Of a stretch of 64,000 bases of DNA, positions 51,001-64,000 are shown in pieces. Numbering within the stretch: the first letter of the stretch is position 1; each line of letters opens with the position of its first letter. The position numbers were made by a program, and so were the translations under genes. Where the stretch lies: positions 1 to 64,000 of the forward strand of contig NW_026782257.1 in NCBI RefSeq assembly GCF_031769215.1, given 5' to 3'. The notes beneath the pieces were generated by a model. The model made no database searches, was not told where the DNA came from, and was given only the letters and a program-made list of their open reading frames with translations. Source of the DNA: Ylistrum balloti (taxonomy: Eukaryota).

Positions 51001-54000
51001 TTGATAAAACCAATACCATAAAGTATGTGCTAGCTTCCAGTACTTGCTTCAGTATAAATCATACACAGCATCTGACTCAAAGTAAAGGGGTCAGCTCATT
51101 ACAGACAAATAACTGGGTTTTTTGGTTTTTTTTTTCTTATTTCTTCTGAAATTGTGATAGAATCTAATGGGCTTATTACCTGAAATGGACTTATTTTCTG
51201 ATAACCAATGTACTCAAACAGAATGCCAAAGCAAAATTTCCTCTAATATATTGTACTATTGTACTTACTGTAACTTGCACATCAAATTTCAATGCACAGG
51301 AAAATATTGATGCTTGGGCATACAGATCTGAAAAAGGAAAAACAAAGTTTACATTATACAATTTGCATATCTGAGACAGATTTAGCACATTTTAGAATAA
51401 GAAGACAAAAAGTTATTCTTCTCTCACTATTTATGAACATCCTTCAAAAAAAATTTACATAAAGTATACATTTGATTTTTACTGACACTTTTTATGTCAA
51501 AATCTCTTAAATATGTCGCATATTTTGAATAATTTGTACAATAAATACAAGGTGATAATTTAACTATAATTACTAAGAAAAACAAACAATATAACAATAT
51601 TCACTTAATAATTTTTAAGAATCTTATCAATTGGACATTTATATAAGTTTTGTGAATACTTATACAGACGTTGTAAGAATTCTGAGGCTCCAACAATACG
51701 AAACTGTAAGTAACCAAAGTCACTGGCTACTCTCCATGCTAGGACTATGTTCGGAGGCGCCAACACACATGTCAGTATCATACGCACCTGTTATTTAAAA
51801 ATAAACCATCAAAGTATAAATCAACTGAAATATCTTTATTTTTTTTCTAATACTTAATGCTCAGAAAGGAGGACTACTTTATGAAGGAAAATGTATTTTT
51901 TAGAAGTGGGAAGGGAGGATATTTGAAATAAAAAAAAAAGACTTACAAATTCATGTATATAAACTAATATTTCAGTTTCTAAGTTTTGGTAATTAAGTAA
52001 TTAAACAAAATTATCAAAACTATGAATTAGTGACGACAAAAAAGGAGGAAATGTACATCATCTACATCAGTACTAACTAGTGATAATATGGTTTAATCTT
52101 ATAGCATTAAATAAAAAGTCAATATTTACCAATTTAAATGTTTTTCTCCCTTTTTCATTCACACCATACTCGACCGTGCAGTAGAGGACGATAACAACGA
52201 TAGCAATGATCAAGACATACAACTCATAAATCCTCTCCCGGAGCGTGCCGTGGAACGCATAGAATAAGCAGAACACTGGAATAAATGTAGAGTATATAGC
52301 AGAGCAGGCAAGATAAAATTAGGATGTTAAATCTAGAATATGAGATGGCTGTCTCTTATTTCAGATGCTGAATATTATTATTGATCTACAAACTACTTGG
52401 CAGAAAAACACTGAAAATCTCAAGAAAATTACTGAAACAGTATTTATCCTGTGATAAATGATAAATCAAAAGGTGCCAACAAATAAATTTTGGCTCAAAG
52501 TCACTTATAAGTTCTGATGAATTGTCTGCAATTGACATGTGTGGGGTTATTCATAGTACAGTACCTGCATTTATTAAAAGTAGAAGAGCAAAAGTGAAAT
52601 CTGGAACCTCTGGGTCATTTTTGATGACGGTGATGAAACTGTACAATGTCAATCCGATCGCTGTCAATATGTTAACTGTGGTAACAAGGAGAAAGGTCAG
52701 CTCCGTACGACTTAATCCAGCAAATGTCTTAGTCTGGAAAAGAAAATTCAATGAAATAAACTTTTAAATAAATTAAACATATAATAATTAAAAATCTTAT
52801 TGCTGATTGAGTTAAAATATCAAAATAATAATTATTTGATTTTGAATAAACACCTAGAGAGATTTTATGATCCTGAAAGGAAACACCACAGAGGAAGGAT
52901 GGACACTAATGCACTTTCTTTGTCTCTTTTGTCAAAACTGAGCTTTAACAAAACTAATATATATAAGTTAGAAAAATCTGATTACGTAGATGTAATGTAG
53001 GAAAAACCTGCATTGGATATCAAAGTAAGCCACTGATTTACTGCGTTATAAATATCTGTTACCAGATCTGTTACCAATCAAGCCAAAAAAGTTAAGGGAC
53101 AGACAATTATATCAAACAGGGCTCTCGATCTGCCAGATTTGGGGTCGATATTCGGCCCTATTCATAATGCAAAATAGTATCTTTTCTTCCCAATTTAGAC
53201 CTGAAGTTTTCCAAATTCTAAGGAAAACACCATTTTTTCCCCAATTCTAAGGGCCCAAGGCCCCAGTCCCAAAATGGGGTGTGAGAGCCCTGTCAAATCT
53301 ACAGGTACAGTACATTAAAAAATATTGTATGTACTAGTCAAAAGTCCTTTTACACTAATTACCTAGGTTCCAATTTTTCTTAAGATTTCTTAATCAATCC
53401 ATATCTGGAATGCTATTGGGCGGCAATGTGAAAAACTGGGAGAATACAGCTGATTACAGACCCAACAGACACTGAGCCTGAATCTCCAGCTCGGCAATCA
53501 ATGTCCAATCTGAGTTTAAGAAACCTGCTTTGACAAATTTATGCCACATCAACCCTCTACTTTCACATTGTACAGTTTAGTTTTTACATTGCAATTAAAA
53601 TTGTCAAATTAAACTGTATCTATGCCTTGTTAATTCATTTTGATTACTACAGATCTGTTTTGGTAATAATAAACATACGTCCTTTTTAGACTATGCATTT
53701 CCATAGTATACGCTATCATTAAAAATACAATTTCATTTGACAAAATTCTCGCTTTTCCTTCAATTCTTCGAGCAAAAATTAAAAGTCATTGACTGAACGC
53801 TATTTTGCATATATAAGAGAAAAAATCGCTTCATAATTTTATCCGGAAACGAATCGAAAGTAAACATTATGTAGTAGCAAACTGAATTATGTTACCTGGC
53901 CCCACGACGTAGCGATCGATGTTTTGGGGATATCTACGATTCCATATTTGCTATAACCCGTTGATTCCTCTTTCTCTTTCTGATTGTTGTCTACTTCTTC

Positions 54001-54006
54001 TTCCAT
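48008..54006 (-). CDS. ~8-TM membrane protein, UPF0658-like, 344 aa, 10 coding exons: 54006-53896, 52733-52565, 52275-52130, 51787-51670, 51327-51269, 50621-50505, 49852-49766, 48917-48851, 48526-48440, 48081-48008
   Basis: Phase-consistent GT-AG model, 1035 nt, eight hydrophobic segments. Motifs SDFGYLQFRIVGAS..LY..ASIFSCALKFD, PAYYIYKV and CKNFGNGLK match my recollection of fungal UPF0658 proteins (EFGW.IY..IGAD...LLKFD; NFGKGLK). The last exon choice and two GTCTGT donors are less certain. Confidence 0.8.
49020..49690. repeat. 44-bp intronic minisatellite, ~15 copies
   Basis: AGATTATCATCC at 49261/49305. Confidence 0.95.
53117..53292. mobile_element. 176-bp MITE with 10-bp TIRs and 5-bp target-site duplication
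   Basis: TCAAA|CAGGGCTCTC ... GAGAGCCCTG|TCAAA. Confidence 0.8.
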
Positions 54007-54009
54007 GTC

Positions 54010-54300
54010 TTGTAAATATCTTCAACAGGCGTTACATACATGTATATGCCCAGAGAGGCAGAAGTCATGTGAAAATGAAATCACTAAAATCACGGAAAAG
54101 CTTTGATCATCATTACTCGTGCATTAAAAGCCTTCTCAAGATGCAGATTACACTGATTTCGGGAAGCCTCTAAATTTATCTTCATGTCAATGCTAGATTT
54201 TCGATTAAAGCGCGGGAATCTTTGCACGAGAAACAGGTAAGTTAACAAGTGGTAAGTCAACAAGAGGTAAGAGGGAGAGCAGATTATTTTTCGTTACGAG
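54010..54300. promoter_or_regulatory. CpG-enriched promoter region of the TM-protein gene; probable divergent plus-strand first exon
   Basis: CpG density is raised. Three plus-strand donors at 54237 (GTAAGT), 54252 (GTAAGT) and 54267 (GTAAGA). Confidence 0.4.
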
Positions 54301-54507
54301 ACTAAACCTTTAGAGTGAATAACACTTTATTAGAACTAATACACTTTCGACCAATTTAAAATTGCATATTTAACCCCCGCTTGAAATTTTTCCCTTCAAA
54401 CGTTTCGTCTTAAATTGTTTTCGGTGAAAGTAGAGCATTAGGAATAGGTCCTTTTCAGGTCTTTTGCCTCACTGGTTGGGGATTTTTTTCCTCTTTTCCT
54501 TTTTCTG

Positions 54508-54518
54508 TTTTTTTTTTT

Positions 54519-54549
<31 letters not shown>

Positions 54550-54553
54550 GGGG
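54508..54553 (+). repeat. T21 followed directly by G25 homopolymer
   Basis: Read directly: T at 54508-54528, G at 54529-54553. Confidence 0.85.
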
Positions 54554-57500
54554 AATGAGGGATGAATTGTTAAGGAAAATTTTCAGGAGTTAATTGCAAT
54601 TTTTTGGAATTTGGACTATGTGAAATAATTTGAATCAATAATGTGGCCCATTATCGGCCCTAAAAGCTGTAAAAGGTAATGTTTTATTTGAAACACATTA
54701 TATCATACCAATTATTGAAAGGGATGCATCTGTACACATATAATTTCGGTTCAATATTCACATGCGCTACTATTGCTAAGCATGAAAAACGAGTACATTC
54801 ATGTTACTAAGGATTATTTCTTTGTTTTTAGAGGGCTGAAACATTTGGTTTCAATATAAAGAATGGAAAAATGCATTCAGCTACATAACTTTTACTTGTC
54901 TGACACAATTGAAGATACGATGATTATATGGAGTGTTATTCAACAGGACGGGGAAAACTGCGAATTTGCATATATTATGCAAACTGGTCAATTATAAGCA
55001 ATTTGGGGTATTGATTTGTTAAGAAAATTTGCCAAATTTGTTTAAATGGTAAAATATACAGTGTATCATCAAAAGTTGCATGAATTTATGACAAAGTAAT
55101 TTAAAAATGTTTGTTAAAATTTCTGGCTACCTAGAAACTTGATGTAACAGTCGCTGTCATAGTAACTGTACTGTCATGACATAGGCCAGAAGTACTGCAT
55201 TCGTTTTTGGTACTTTCCCATGCGCAAATCAATTTTATTTTTGCAATTGGCTAAATAAATGCGATTTTGACAAAAGCATTGAAAAATCTTTAGTTTTAGG
55301 TAATTTCAGCTACTTTTAGTAACAAATCCATCCTAATTGGTGTGTTATAAGCCAGTTTGCATATTATATGCAAATTTGTGATTTTTCCCAACCTGTTCAA
55401 TGGATAACCTTGGAGATATACCTGGGTAGGATGTCTCCAGAACATCTACAGCTTCAAACTCAAGTTTTTGCAAAATGTTTCTTGTCATGTTTGTACTTTT
55501 TGATAAAGTCAGAAAACGAGAGATAATTATCGATGCTTATTTTTTTTCCATGCTGAAAATTAAAAATTCCTTGAGATTTAATTCCTGACTAGCTGAAGCA
55601 TTCAAATTTTTTTCTTTAGAACTTTGATTATCAATCAACCGCTTAATTGAAGTACAAATTCTCTCTGTAGTGATTACGCCTTTTGTTTCAAATGTAAACC
55701 ATGGCCAGTGGAAAGTTGTATTGTTTACCTTGCTGGCAGTGATACTTAAAATTTTCATATTTAATATATTTCAATTCAATGTTTGAAAATATTTATGTTT
55801 AGATCGTAAGTATTTGAAGATCAAACTGACAAAAGATATTTACGCAAAATTTTCTCCCTTATGCAGAATAAGGACATGCTGCAAGCACTTGCTGGTTACT
55901 AACATGCTCCTTATGTATTACATTTGTCTACGTACATGTCATTAGCTCTTCCCAGTTTTAACAAAGTTTTGTTGACTTATCATTTTCATGAGGTAAGTTT
56001 TCAGTAATTGTTTCCAAATTGATTTTAACTTGTAATAACGATTATTATATTTTCTAAAGATATGCTCTTTTACTTGCAAATTACGAGACATTTGAAAATA
56101 TTTATAGTAACATTGTGCTTAAGCTTAAAAGATTTTTAAAATATTAAGAAGCTTAACTTGGTTTGAGTAAATGACCCGTCACTACTACATACCATTAGTA
56201 TGTATTGTATGAAATGTAGACATTGAAGGCTTTACCTTATACAATTAAACTAGCAGTTGGTCTGGACTGACAATTACAACGTGTAACAATGCGTAACTGG
56301 TGAATTGGGCTGATCTTTATTTCTCCAGGTATTGTACGGATGTTTCATAGCCTCGAGTACCCGACATCGTAACTACGTGGTTGGATTGCTGGTATTGTAC
56401 ATAATTGATTGTACATTTTCACCTGTGGAAAACCTGCCCAGCTGTAATAGTACAACCCAACACAGGTGAGACCTTCAGGTAAGTTGTTGATGTTTACCAT
56501 TTTGTGGCTTTGAAGGTGTCGGTTTTCCTCATTACAGCTCTGACTACGTACTGTATCATAATTTAGGTTCAAAACATACAACACATTTTGGGTAATTAGG
56601 CTTGTATTTTGGTTATGGATATGAAAAAATTGTGATGAGAAGAGTATTATCTATGACAGTACTAACATCTGATGGTGGACAAAGTATTGATTTGTCTGTC
56701 ACTGGTACTGTTGAATATGTGATGTTAGCGAAGAGAATGTATTGACAGCCCTGCATATAATCTTACCAATATCTAATATCAACACGGAAATTACTTCAGT
56801 ATTCAAACATGATATATATTGTAACATCTATTATATTATAAAGTTTGGACGGCAAATGACAAAAAAAAAATCTTTAAGTTTTGCATTGTAATATTAAACA
56901 ATTGCCATTCTTTGTCGTCACTTCAGCACTGCACCAAGTCTGCATTGTTATTGAAATTCTACCTGAAAAGGTTCAGAAAAAAATTCAGACCACATACTGA
57001 AATCATTGTAATGTTTAGAAGTCATAGGAGTGCCAAGCTATTTTAATTTTAAGCTTTTCCACACACAACAGGTTTAAAATTTCATTATATTTAGTTCAAA
57101 CATTGTTCCATTACTTGTCTTTCAATATTTACATATCAGCACCGTTTTTAAGCCTCACTCTGTCAGCGTTATCCCTGTTTAAGAATGGTAAACTTTAAAA
57201 TGTGGAAAAATTAAAAAGACAACTAGACTGGTTTCAGGTCACATGTTTTGTGTGTGGACACTTTTAGAACTGGTAAACATTGGTTTTAGTTTGTTCCTCG
57301 TCATTGACCTTTTAAAGGGAGTGACCTAGGTTCCATGAGCTCGTTATACTCTGGAATGTCACAGGTACTCCTATAACTTAATCATAAACGACCCAATACA
57401 CTCTGGACTCGCTACACTGATCTGAAGGAAAGAGGATAATTACAACCGTCTACGCCTTTTGTGCCTTCATGGATTATCTCTGATCTCCTGTTGTATATTG

Positions 57501-58174
57501 TGTTGTTGGGAGTATATATGTGTGAGGTTTTACCCGGCAATAGTCCATAATCTGTGCTGACAGGTATGTAGATTTACCCACAATTTTAGCCAGTAGGAAA
57601 TCTGTTCTTATGACAACTAGAATAATTAATAATTCACATATGTGTATGTAATTGTTTCTGTTCATATTAATTATAAATAGGTTTCCTAGGTAGACAGGCT
57701 GATTGAAGAATACTGTCTTTATACTTAGATAGACCCCTCCCCTAGTGAAAAGTTTGCTATTAAAGTTTGGGGTCACTTTAAGCTTACTAAATAAAATTGA
57801 TAATTTTGCAAAATTGAAGCAAGGAGCTTGTTTCTGGGGATATGTACAGTATTTGACTCTGGAAACTGACTATGATGCTTTTGCACTTCATGAAGCATAG
57901 GTATACTGAAGGCTTAGTCCCAATGTGTCCAGCATCAGGGTACGTATGACTTAAGGTGCTGGGGTAGAACAAATTAATTCTTTTCCTTTATAATTAATAC
58001 TCGAATGTGACAGAATTTTATTTACCTACATCAGTGTTGGTAAAAACCACAAAAATATGCTAAGGTGAACACAAAGACTGGACATTATGGCATTGACCAC
58101 ATTTCTGCATTCTTTCAAATAGGAATCATTTGAGTCTCCTAATTATAGAGGTATGGTTTCTTTAGGGAGGTGGC

Positions 58175-58500
58175 TGCTTGATACAGGTTATCTCCTATGT
58201 TGGCCTTTTGTTGAGTGGTGGGTGCTTGACAGGTTATCTTCTATGTTGGCCTTCTGTTGAGTGGTGGGTGCTTGACAGGTTATCTTCTATGTTGGCCTTC
58301 TGTTGAGTGGTGGGTGCTTGACAGGTTATCTCCTATGTTGGCCTTCTGTCGATTGCTGGCTGCTAGAGACAAGTTATCCTTTATGTTAGACCTCTGTTGA
58401 GTGATGGCTGCTCCAGACAGGTTATCTTATATGTTTGACCACCATTGATTGGTGGCTGCTCCAGACAGGTTATGTTATATGTTGAATGGCTGTTGGGTGT
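58175..58500. repeat. 46-bp minisatellite, ~7 copies
   Basis: GACAGGTTATC at 58228/58274/58320. Confidence 0.9.
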
Positions 58501-61500
58501 TGGCTACTTGAGACTGGTTGTATCTTGTTAACGTCTTTGGCTGATTTTAACTATTATCTTTCGTTGGATGACCTTCACATGTCATCAGTTTCATCCAATA
58601 TCTGAACACCTTCAACAAAATATTATACATGTCTGTTATAGCATATAGGTTAAGTTAGCTTTGGTTATACTTCTACTGAAATAAGTTAAATATCATGTGA
58701 AGCAGTGGTACATTGCAGAAGGATATTGTTTCATAATAATTGTAATAAGTATGTTTCTTATTAGGTATGTACAGGGTTTATATATTAAGAAAATCAATGG
58801 GATATTCATATCTCCCCTGGATTCAGTAAAGAAATCATGCATTGTTTGTATAAGGAGTGTCGATTATTTAATCAAGGATAGGGAGAATTTAACATGATCA
58901 CTTACATTTAAATTTCTACCTAAATTAAAGATATGATAAGTGATAATAACATTCATTCCTTAGTTAATATTACTGTTAAATCATTGAAAAACTTTATCAT
59001 ATATTGCATTTAAATTATTTTGCTAAGCTTTTAGATGTTAAAATGAATTTCTTTTGCCCAATCTTGTGGACTAAGCAATTTAAACTTCTAAAACTGACCT
59101 ACTTCTTTATTATGAACGTATATAGACCATGACGTACAGAAACCTTGTCCTTTAATTTTCATCTTTGTTTGAATGGAAATGGTGAAACCTGTATGGTTTG
59201 TTAAAGCACTCAGCCTGGATACCATAATCTGTGGACAATATAACACCATTGTCACTTGAGTGACCTGACTGGAAGTGTCAGATTACCCGAGATCTTTGAG
59301 AGAGTAAAATAGTTGAATATCCATACATATACTATACAATAGATGGAAACAGAAGAAACTGATCGGTATCGGTTTAAAGAAGAAAAACATTCATGACCTA
59401 TATGGGTTTTAATTCATCTTTAAATTTACGGATAAGTTGACATAATGTTTTAACACAGATCAGGGGCAGACAGAATCTTGAAATTTAAGGAGAGGTTGTC
59501 AATCTTTTCATAAACAGGATTTAAAAGAATTTTCAAAATTTAAGGAGAATTGTTTATGATCTAAGACTACCACAGTTCACCAGAAACAAACACTGAATGA
59601 AGTATATTTAACACTTCAAACTGAAAATAACAGAGCTCTAAAACTGAAATAACTGAACTCTAGCTTTACTAAATAAATAGATGTCTAGTAAATCTACGAC
59701 GTTTGAACAAAAGAATTTGTTTTCTTTACAATACATTGTAGTAATCTTTAGAAATGTTGAGCTTTGCTGTGAAAAACAAACATTTATTTCAACCAAGAAT
59801 ACTGGCCTATTATGTATCATAAAGAATGTCCGTCCCTTTGTTATATAAGACCTGGATGTCAGTAAGTGTTTTAAATTGTCACATGTTTTTTTGTGAAGGA
59901 ATGTAAATGCTTTATTTGGTACGTACTCAATAGCGGAGGATTGATTTATCTTGGAACAGAAACCTAAACAACTACTGTTACTGTATAACTAGCTGTATAG
60001 GCGTGTAGGTTGTTGCAGTTCCCTTTAAGTAGCATTGTTTGACACATTCAACACGATCCTTATTTTGTTTATTTGAATATAAATATTTTAAGGTTGAAAT
60101 TCTGGCAAATTGCCAAGCAGAGTACTTCGGTGGTCGTTATCTTTTTCCTGTCCACTTGTACAGATCACAAGCAGTATGTATGCTAATGAGATAGCTTATT
60201 AAAAGAAGTTCTACACAAATTATAACAGCTGCTTTGTTCATTAAGTACCTTGCAGATTTCCTTGTGCAATTAAAGTCAATTTAGTTAAAAACCACATATC
60301 TGTCTATTTGATAATTTTTGACATTGGTATTTCTGTTCGCTTTTGAATCCATTCATTATTCGTTTCACTGCAGTTATACAAAAACGTTGCCTTGTTGGTC
60401 TTGTTGGTCAAGACAGAAATAGTGGAATACTTAAACAAACAAAAATGTGATTTGTCAGATAGCTGTTGATCCCTTGTATTTCTGTATTGTGAGCCAATGT
60501 TGATGAAAGCCACAATGTCGGTGTGCATGTTCCGACATGTGTTTGATATTCTCTCCTTTTATCTTACAGGTTAAGCTTTCATATTGGATATGATTTTCTT
60601 TGTATTCTTGGTATTATGGGTAAACCATCGTGAGAAATATGAGTTTCAAGTTAATATGGTGTTTAATGGACAACTTGACACAAGAAACTTGCTTATCACA
60701 GTGTAAGAAAACATTTAATTAAAAAACTAAAGAATGAAAACATACTGCCAACTAATAATTAAAAAAATAAATTGGACAGAAAAATGTACAGGCCAACATA
60801 TATCTGGAACAATGCCAATAATTTTGATTAAGATATGTACATTGTTAATGAAGGTTGCAGGATATATAGAATACATGGTCAGTGTCTTAAAATGTAAGCT
60901 GGCATTCTGCTGAGGGTAAAGAAAGACAAAAGTGGCAATCCTTTAGTTATTTATGATCATTCTTTCTTTGATATATAAATGTTAATTGAACTTTAACCTC
61001 TGATTATTTTGACATGGTATTTGATCTTTGACCTTTAATGACCTTTATCTAGAAGTTATATTTGATTGGTTGCTGTATTGATTACCGGATGTGAGTATTA
61101 TACATTGAACCAGGTAATATAATCTCCATTTATTGATTCAGTTATTGGGAATACCGTTATATATCATATACCACAAATGCTCTTACAATTTCCTTTGGGA
61201 CAAAGCTATTGTGTATGAATTTTTCATACAAAATCAATAACATTGGTTATTGAAAGTGCATCGCTCCACTGTCAAGTCAGTTCGACAAGCCAGTGTGAAG
61301 TACTTCTTATACATAACTGAAATATCTGTTGAAGTGTTTTATTTAGTAATTTTCCAAATTCTTTCTAAGTCTAGAATTAATTATTTCAGTTTAAGAATGT
61401 CATTTATCAGTGGTATTAAATTTCTGAATTGATAAAATTACAGGTTGTTGTATGTGACACTGGAAAGTAAATAATTATATAATACCTCTGCATAGAATGT

Positions 61501-64000
61501 TCAAGGGTGATAACTTAAATTAAATTCACAATGACATGTAAGGTAGCATGTCTCCTTAAATTAACACAAATAATCACACTTAATTTTTTGTCTAATCTGT
61601 GCATTTTTGTAATTATCAGACAATACAAACTATGTTTTAAACAATAGGTACTGTTAGTGTTAATTCATCGGTGAAAAAATAATAGCCTTGACCCAAACAG
61701 AAGTGCAAAGGAGATAAGCATGACCTGAGCCTGTTTTCTGAATGGACATAATTTACTTTTTCTGACCAGATAAGGTTGTGATCATTTTCTGTTGAGATGC
61801 CCATAAGTGGATATAAAAAGTAATTTAGTATTTTGACATCCCACATTCAGATTCATTCATATCAAATCCACATATTCTGTATTTGGTATCCAAGATTGTA
61901 CCCAAATTCATTCAAATATTTATGGAGGTATTAACTAAAAGTATGTTTCATTATCATGACCTATATAAAGATAACAATAATGGCTTCTACGGATTTAATA
62001 TTCCTCTACAAGGAAAACATGTTTATGTGCAAATATGTTTTATGTATAATTTTCTACCCGTAACCAGTAAGATATGATAGCATCTCTGTCAATCACTGTA
62101 TAGTGTACACAGCAGTTTCGATTCAAATATTACAAGTTTCACACTAAAACATATTGTGAAGCATTTTGCTGAAAAAAACAATAGATTTTCTTTCATATTG
62201 TTATAATCTTAAACTCATACTCTAACTTATCTTTTTGATTTCAGAATATTTATTAGTGAAGCTGACAATACTTTTCACATCTTTCTTTTACAAGCTTTGA
62301 TATCTAAGACTTGTTAGCTTGATTAACAGAACATGATATTTTTAATTAGTTTATACTTTCTCATTATTCAGAAATTTCAAACTAAAACTATCTGCATAGA
62401 GATTATCATTTCTTATTTGCCAGACAGGAAGCATATTGTTTTTGTAACTTTTGAAAATACGTAAAATATTTGTGTAAATATAATATCAAGCAGTGATAAC
62501 TCTCCTCATGAATCTTCTCTCCTGAATTTATTGGATAATTCCTAAATCGCAATATAAGTCAACAGAGCTTAATCTATGTTATGTAAACAGAGCCATTCCT
62601 TTATTTAAACAGTCTATTTCAAACCAAATTCCTAAAAGAACAATGGATAGAGTGATTTACTGAGTTAAACAATTATTTATAGACGATGGTGTCAGTCCTT
62701 CTCGCTTTGTATGTAAAGATTTGTATTTACGAGTGCCAGTTCTCCTCTAGGTTAAGTGACTGTAGTCTAACATTTTTTTTCCTTCAGAGCCAAATGTCCC
62801 ACCTGTTTCTTTTGAGGTACAGAAACAGGACCAAAGTATAAAAAAAATGATTTAATTTTTGTTCTCAGCCATTGCTAGTATTTAAAAAGACTAGCTTTAA
62901 CAAATAAATTGTTAATATTGAATGCACATGTTGATAAATTACTGTTTATTGTTCTATTACAAAGCTCTAGAAAGGTGTGTACACACTCACAAAGACACAC
63001 ATTCAAAATTTTGTTTCCAATCTTCCTTGAACTTAAAATTTCTGCAATGTAAACAAAATTATCTGATTATATTTGAATGTCAAAAGCTTTTGATATTTGT
63101 AGATTTTTTAAGAATAGAAGTCAGATTGGCCTGCAAAGGTACCTGTTATTGTAATTTTTGAGTGGCTGGGTGTGTATGGTAAATTATTCCAGTCAAATTG
63201 TAACCTGATTTTTCACTCAGTCTATTTACCAGGCAGATGATATGTTATAAAACAAGGAAACTTTTCCATTGGGTGTAAAGTTCTGCTCTAAATACTATAC
63301 TGAACAATGTAAACCTGAATAATACTCACATAACATTAATAAGTGTGGAGTAGTGTTCTGATTACTTACATATATAACAATTCAGCAGACATGGGGTAGC
63401 ACATCAATTTATTATGAGAGAGAATATTGGAATCTGCGCATTATAAAGTATGCATGGGATTCTATGCATGGCTGCACTATTGTACATATTGGACATTGAG
63501 TTTACTTTGACGTCTGCTCGCAGGGCACAGCAAAACATCAGGTGCATCTCTATCTATCAGTGATCCTCACCTGTCCACACCTGGTTCCGCTACAGTGATT
63601 TTGTGTATTCCAATTAGACATAGGTTTGCGGCTGATTAGAGCTTGGCTGTTTTTAGATTTATATACACCCTCCAAAGGGATTCTGGGATATTTAGATGGA
63701 TGAGGCTGTACCTGGAGATCGGGAATACACTATTTTTACATCACATGATCACGAAAAGGTCTGCTTACGCACGACAAAGGGCTTGTCATTGCATCCACTG
63801 AGGAGTACATATTTACATAAGTAAACTGCTCGTTAAGTTTCAATGAGTAGCGCTTCATGTGTCTTAGTTTACCTATTATATCATGTGACCAAGACTTTCA
63901 TCACCCAAGACGTATTTGAATGAGGCTTGCAGCTGAAACCTGACAGCTGAAACCTGACCGGTTGAGGTTGAAAACGAACCTGCTATTACTATATTGTAAT

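Noticed and set aside
60304-60528. 74-aa minus-strand ORF as a coding exon
   Set aside because: No recognisable motif and no clear flanking splice sites or partner exons.

Overview
AT-rich animal genomic DNA with spliceosomal introns; the repeat style suggests a mollusc, probably a bivalve (inference). I reconstructed three multi-exon genes by hand, with GT-AG junctions and consistent phases. (1) A 1152-aa minus-strand protein with an architecture I do not recognise: PDZ-PDZ-Pro-rich linker-degenerate Roc-COR-death domain (CDS 22240->15213). (2) A 327-aa plus-strand PLP fold-II serine/threonine dehydratase-family enzyme (33973->43360). (3) A 344-aa, ~8-TM membrane protein resembling the fungal UPF0658 family (54006->48008). 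The first 10.4 kb holds an 18-bp PTEVPV-encoding minisatellite and a 1702-bp cassette in three tandem copies. Each copy has a CRE-rich promoter-like region and an intronless Met-Gly-Cys/polybasic/Pro-rich ORF; the third copy is interrupted by a 5'-truncated CR1/L2-type LINE. The window also has about a dozen minisatellites, several non-autonomous Helentron-like or MITE elements, and two probable head-to-head promoters. I found no confident CDS in 54.3-64 kb. No database searches were run; family calls rest on motifs I recognise by eye.
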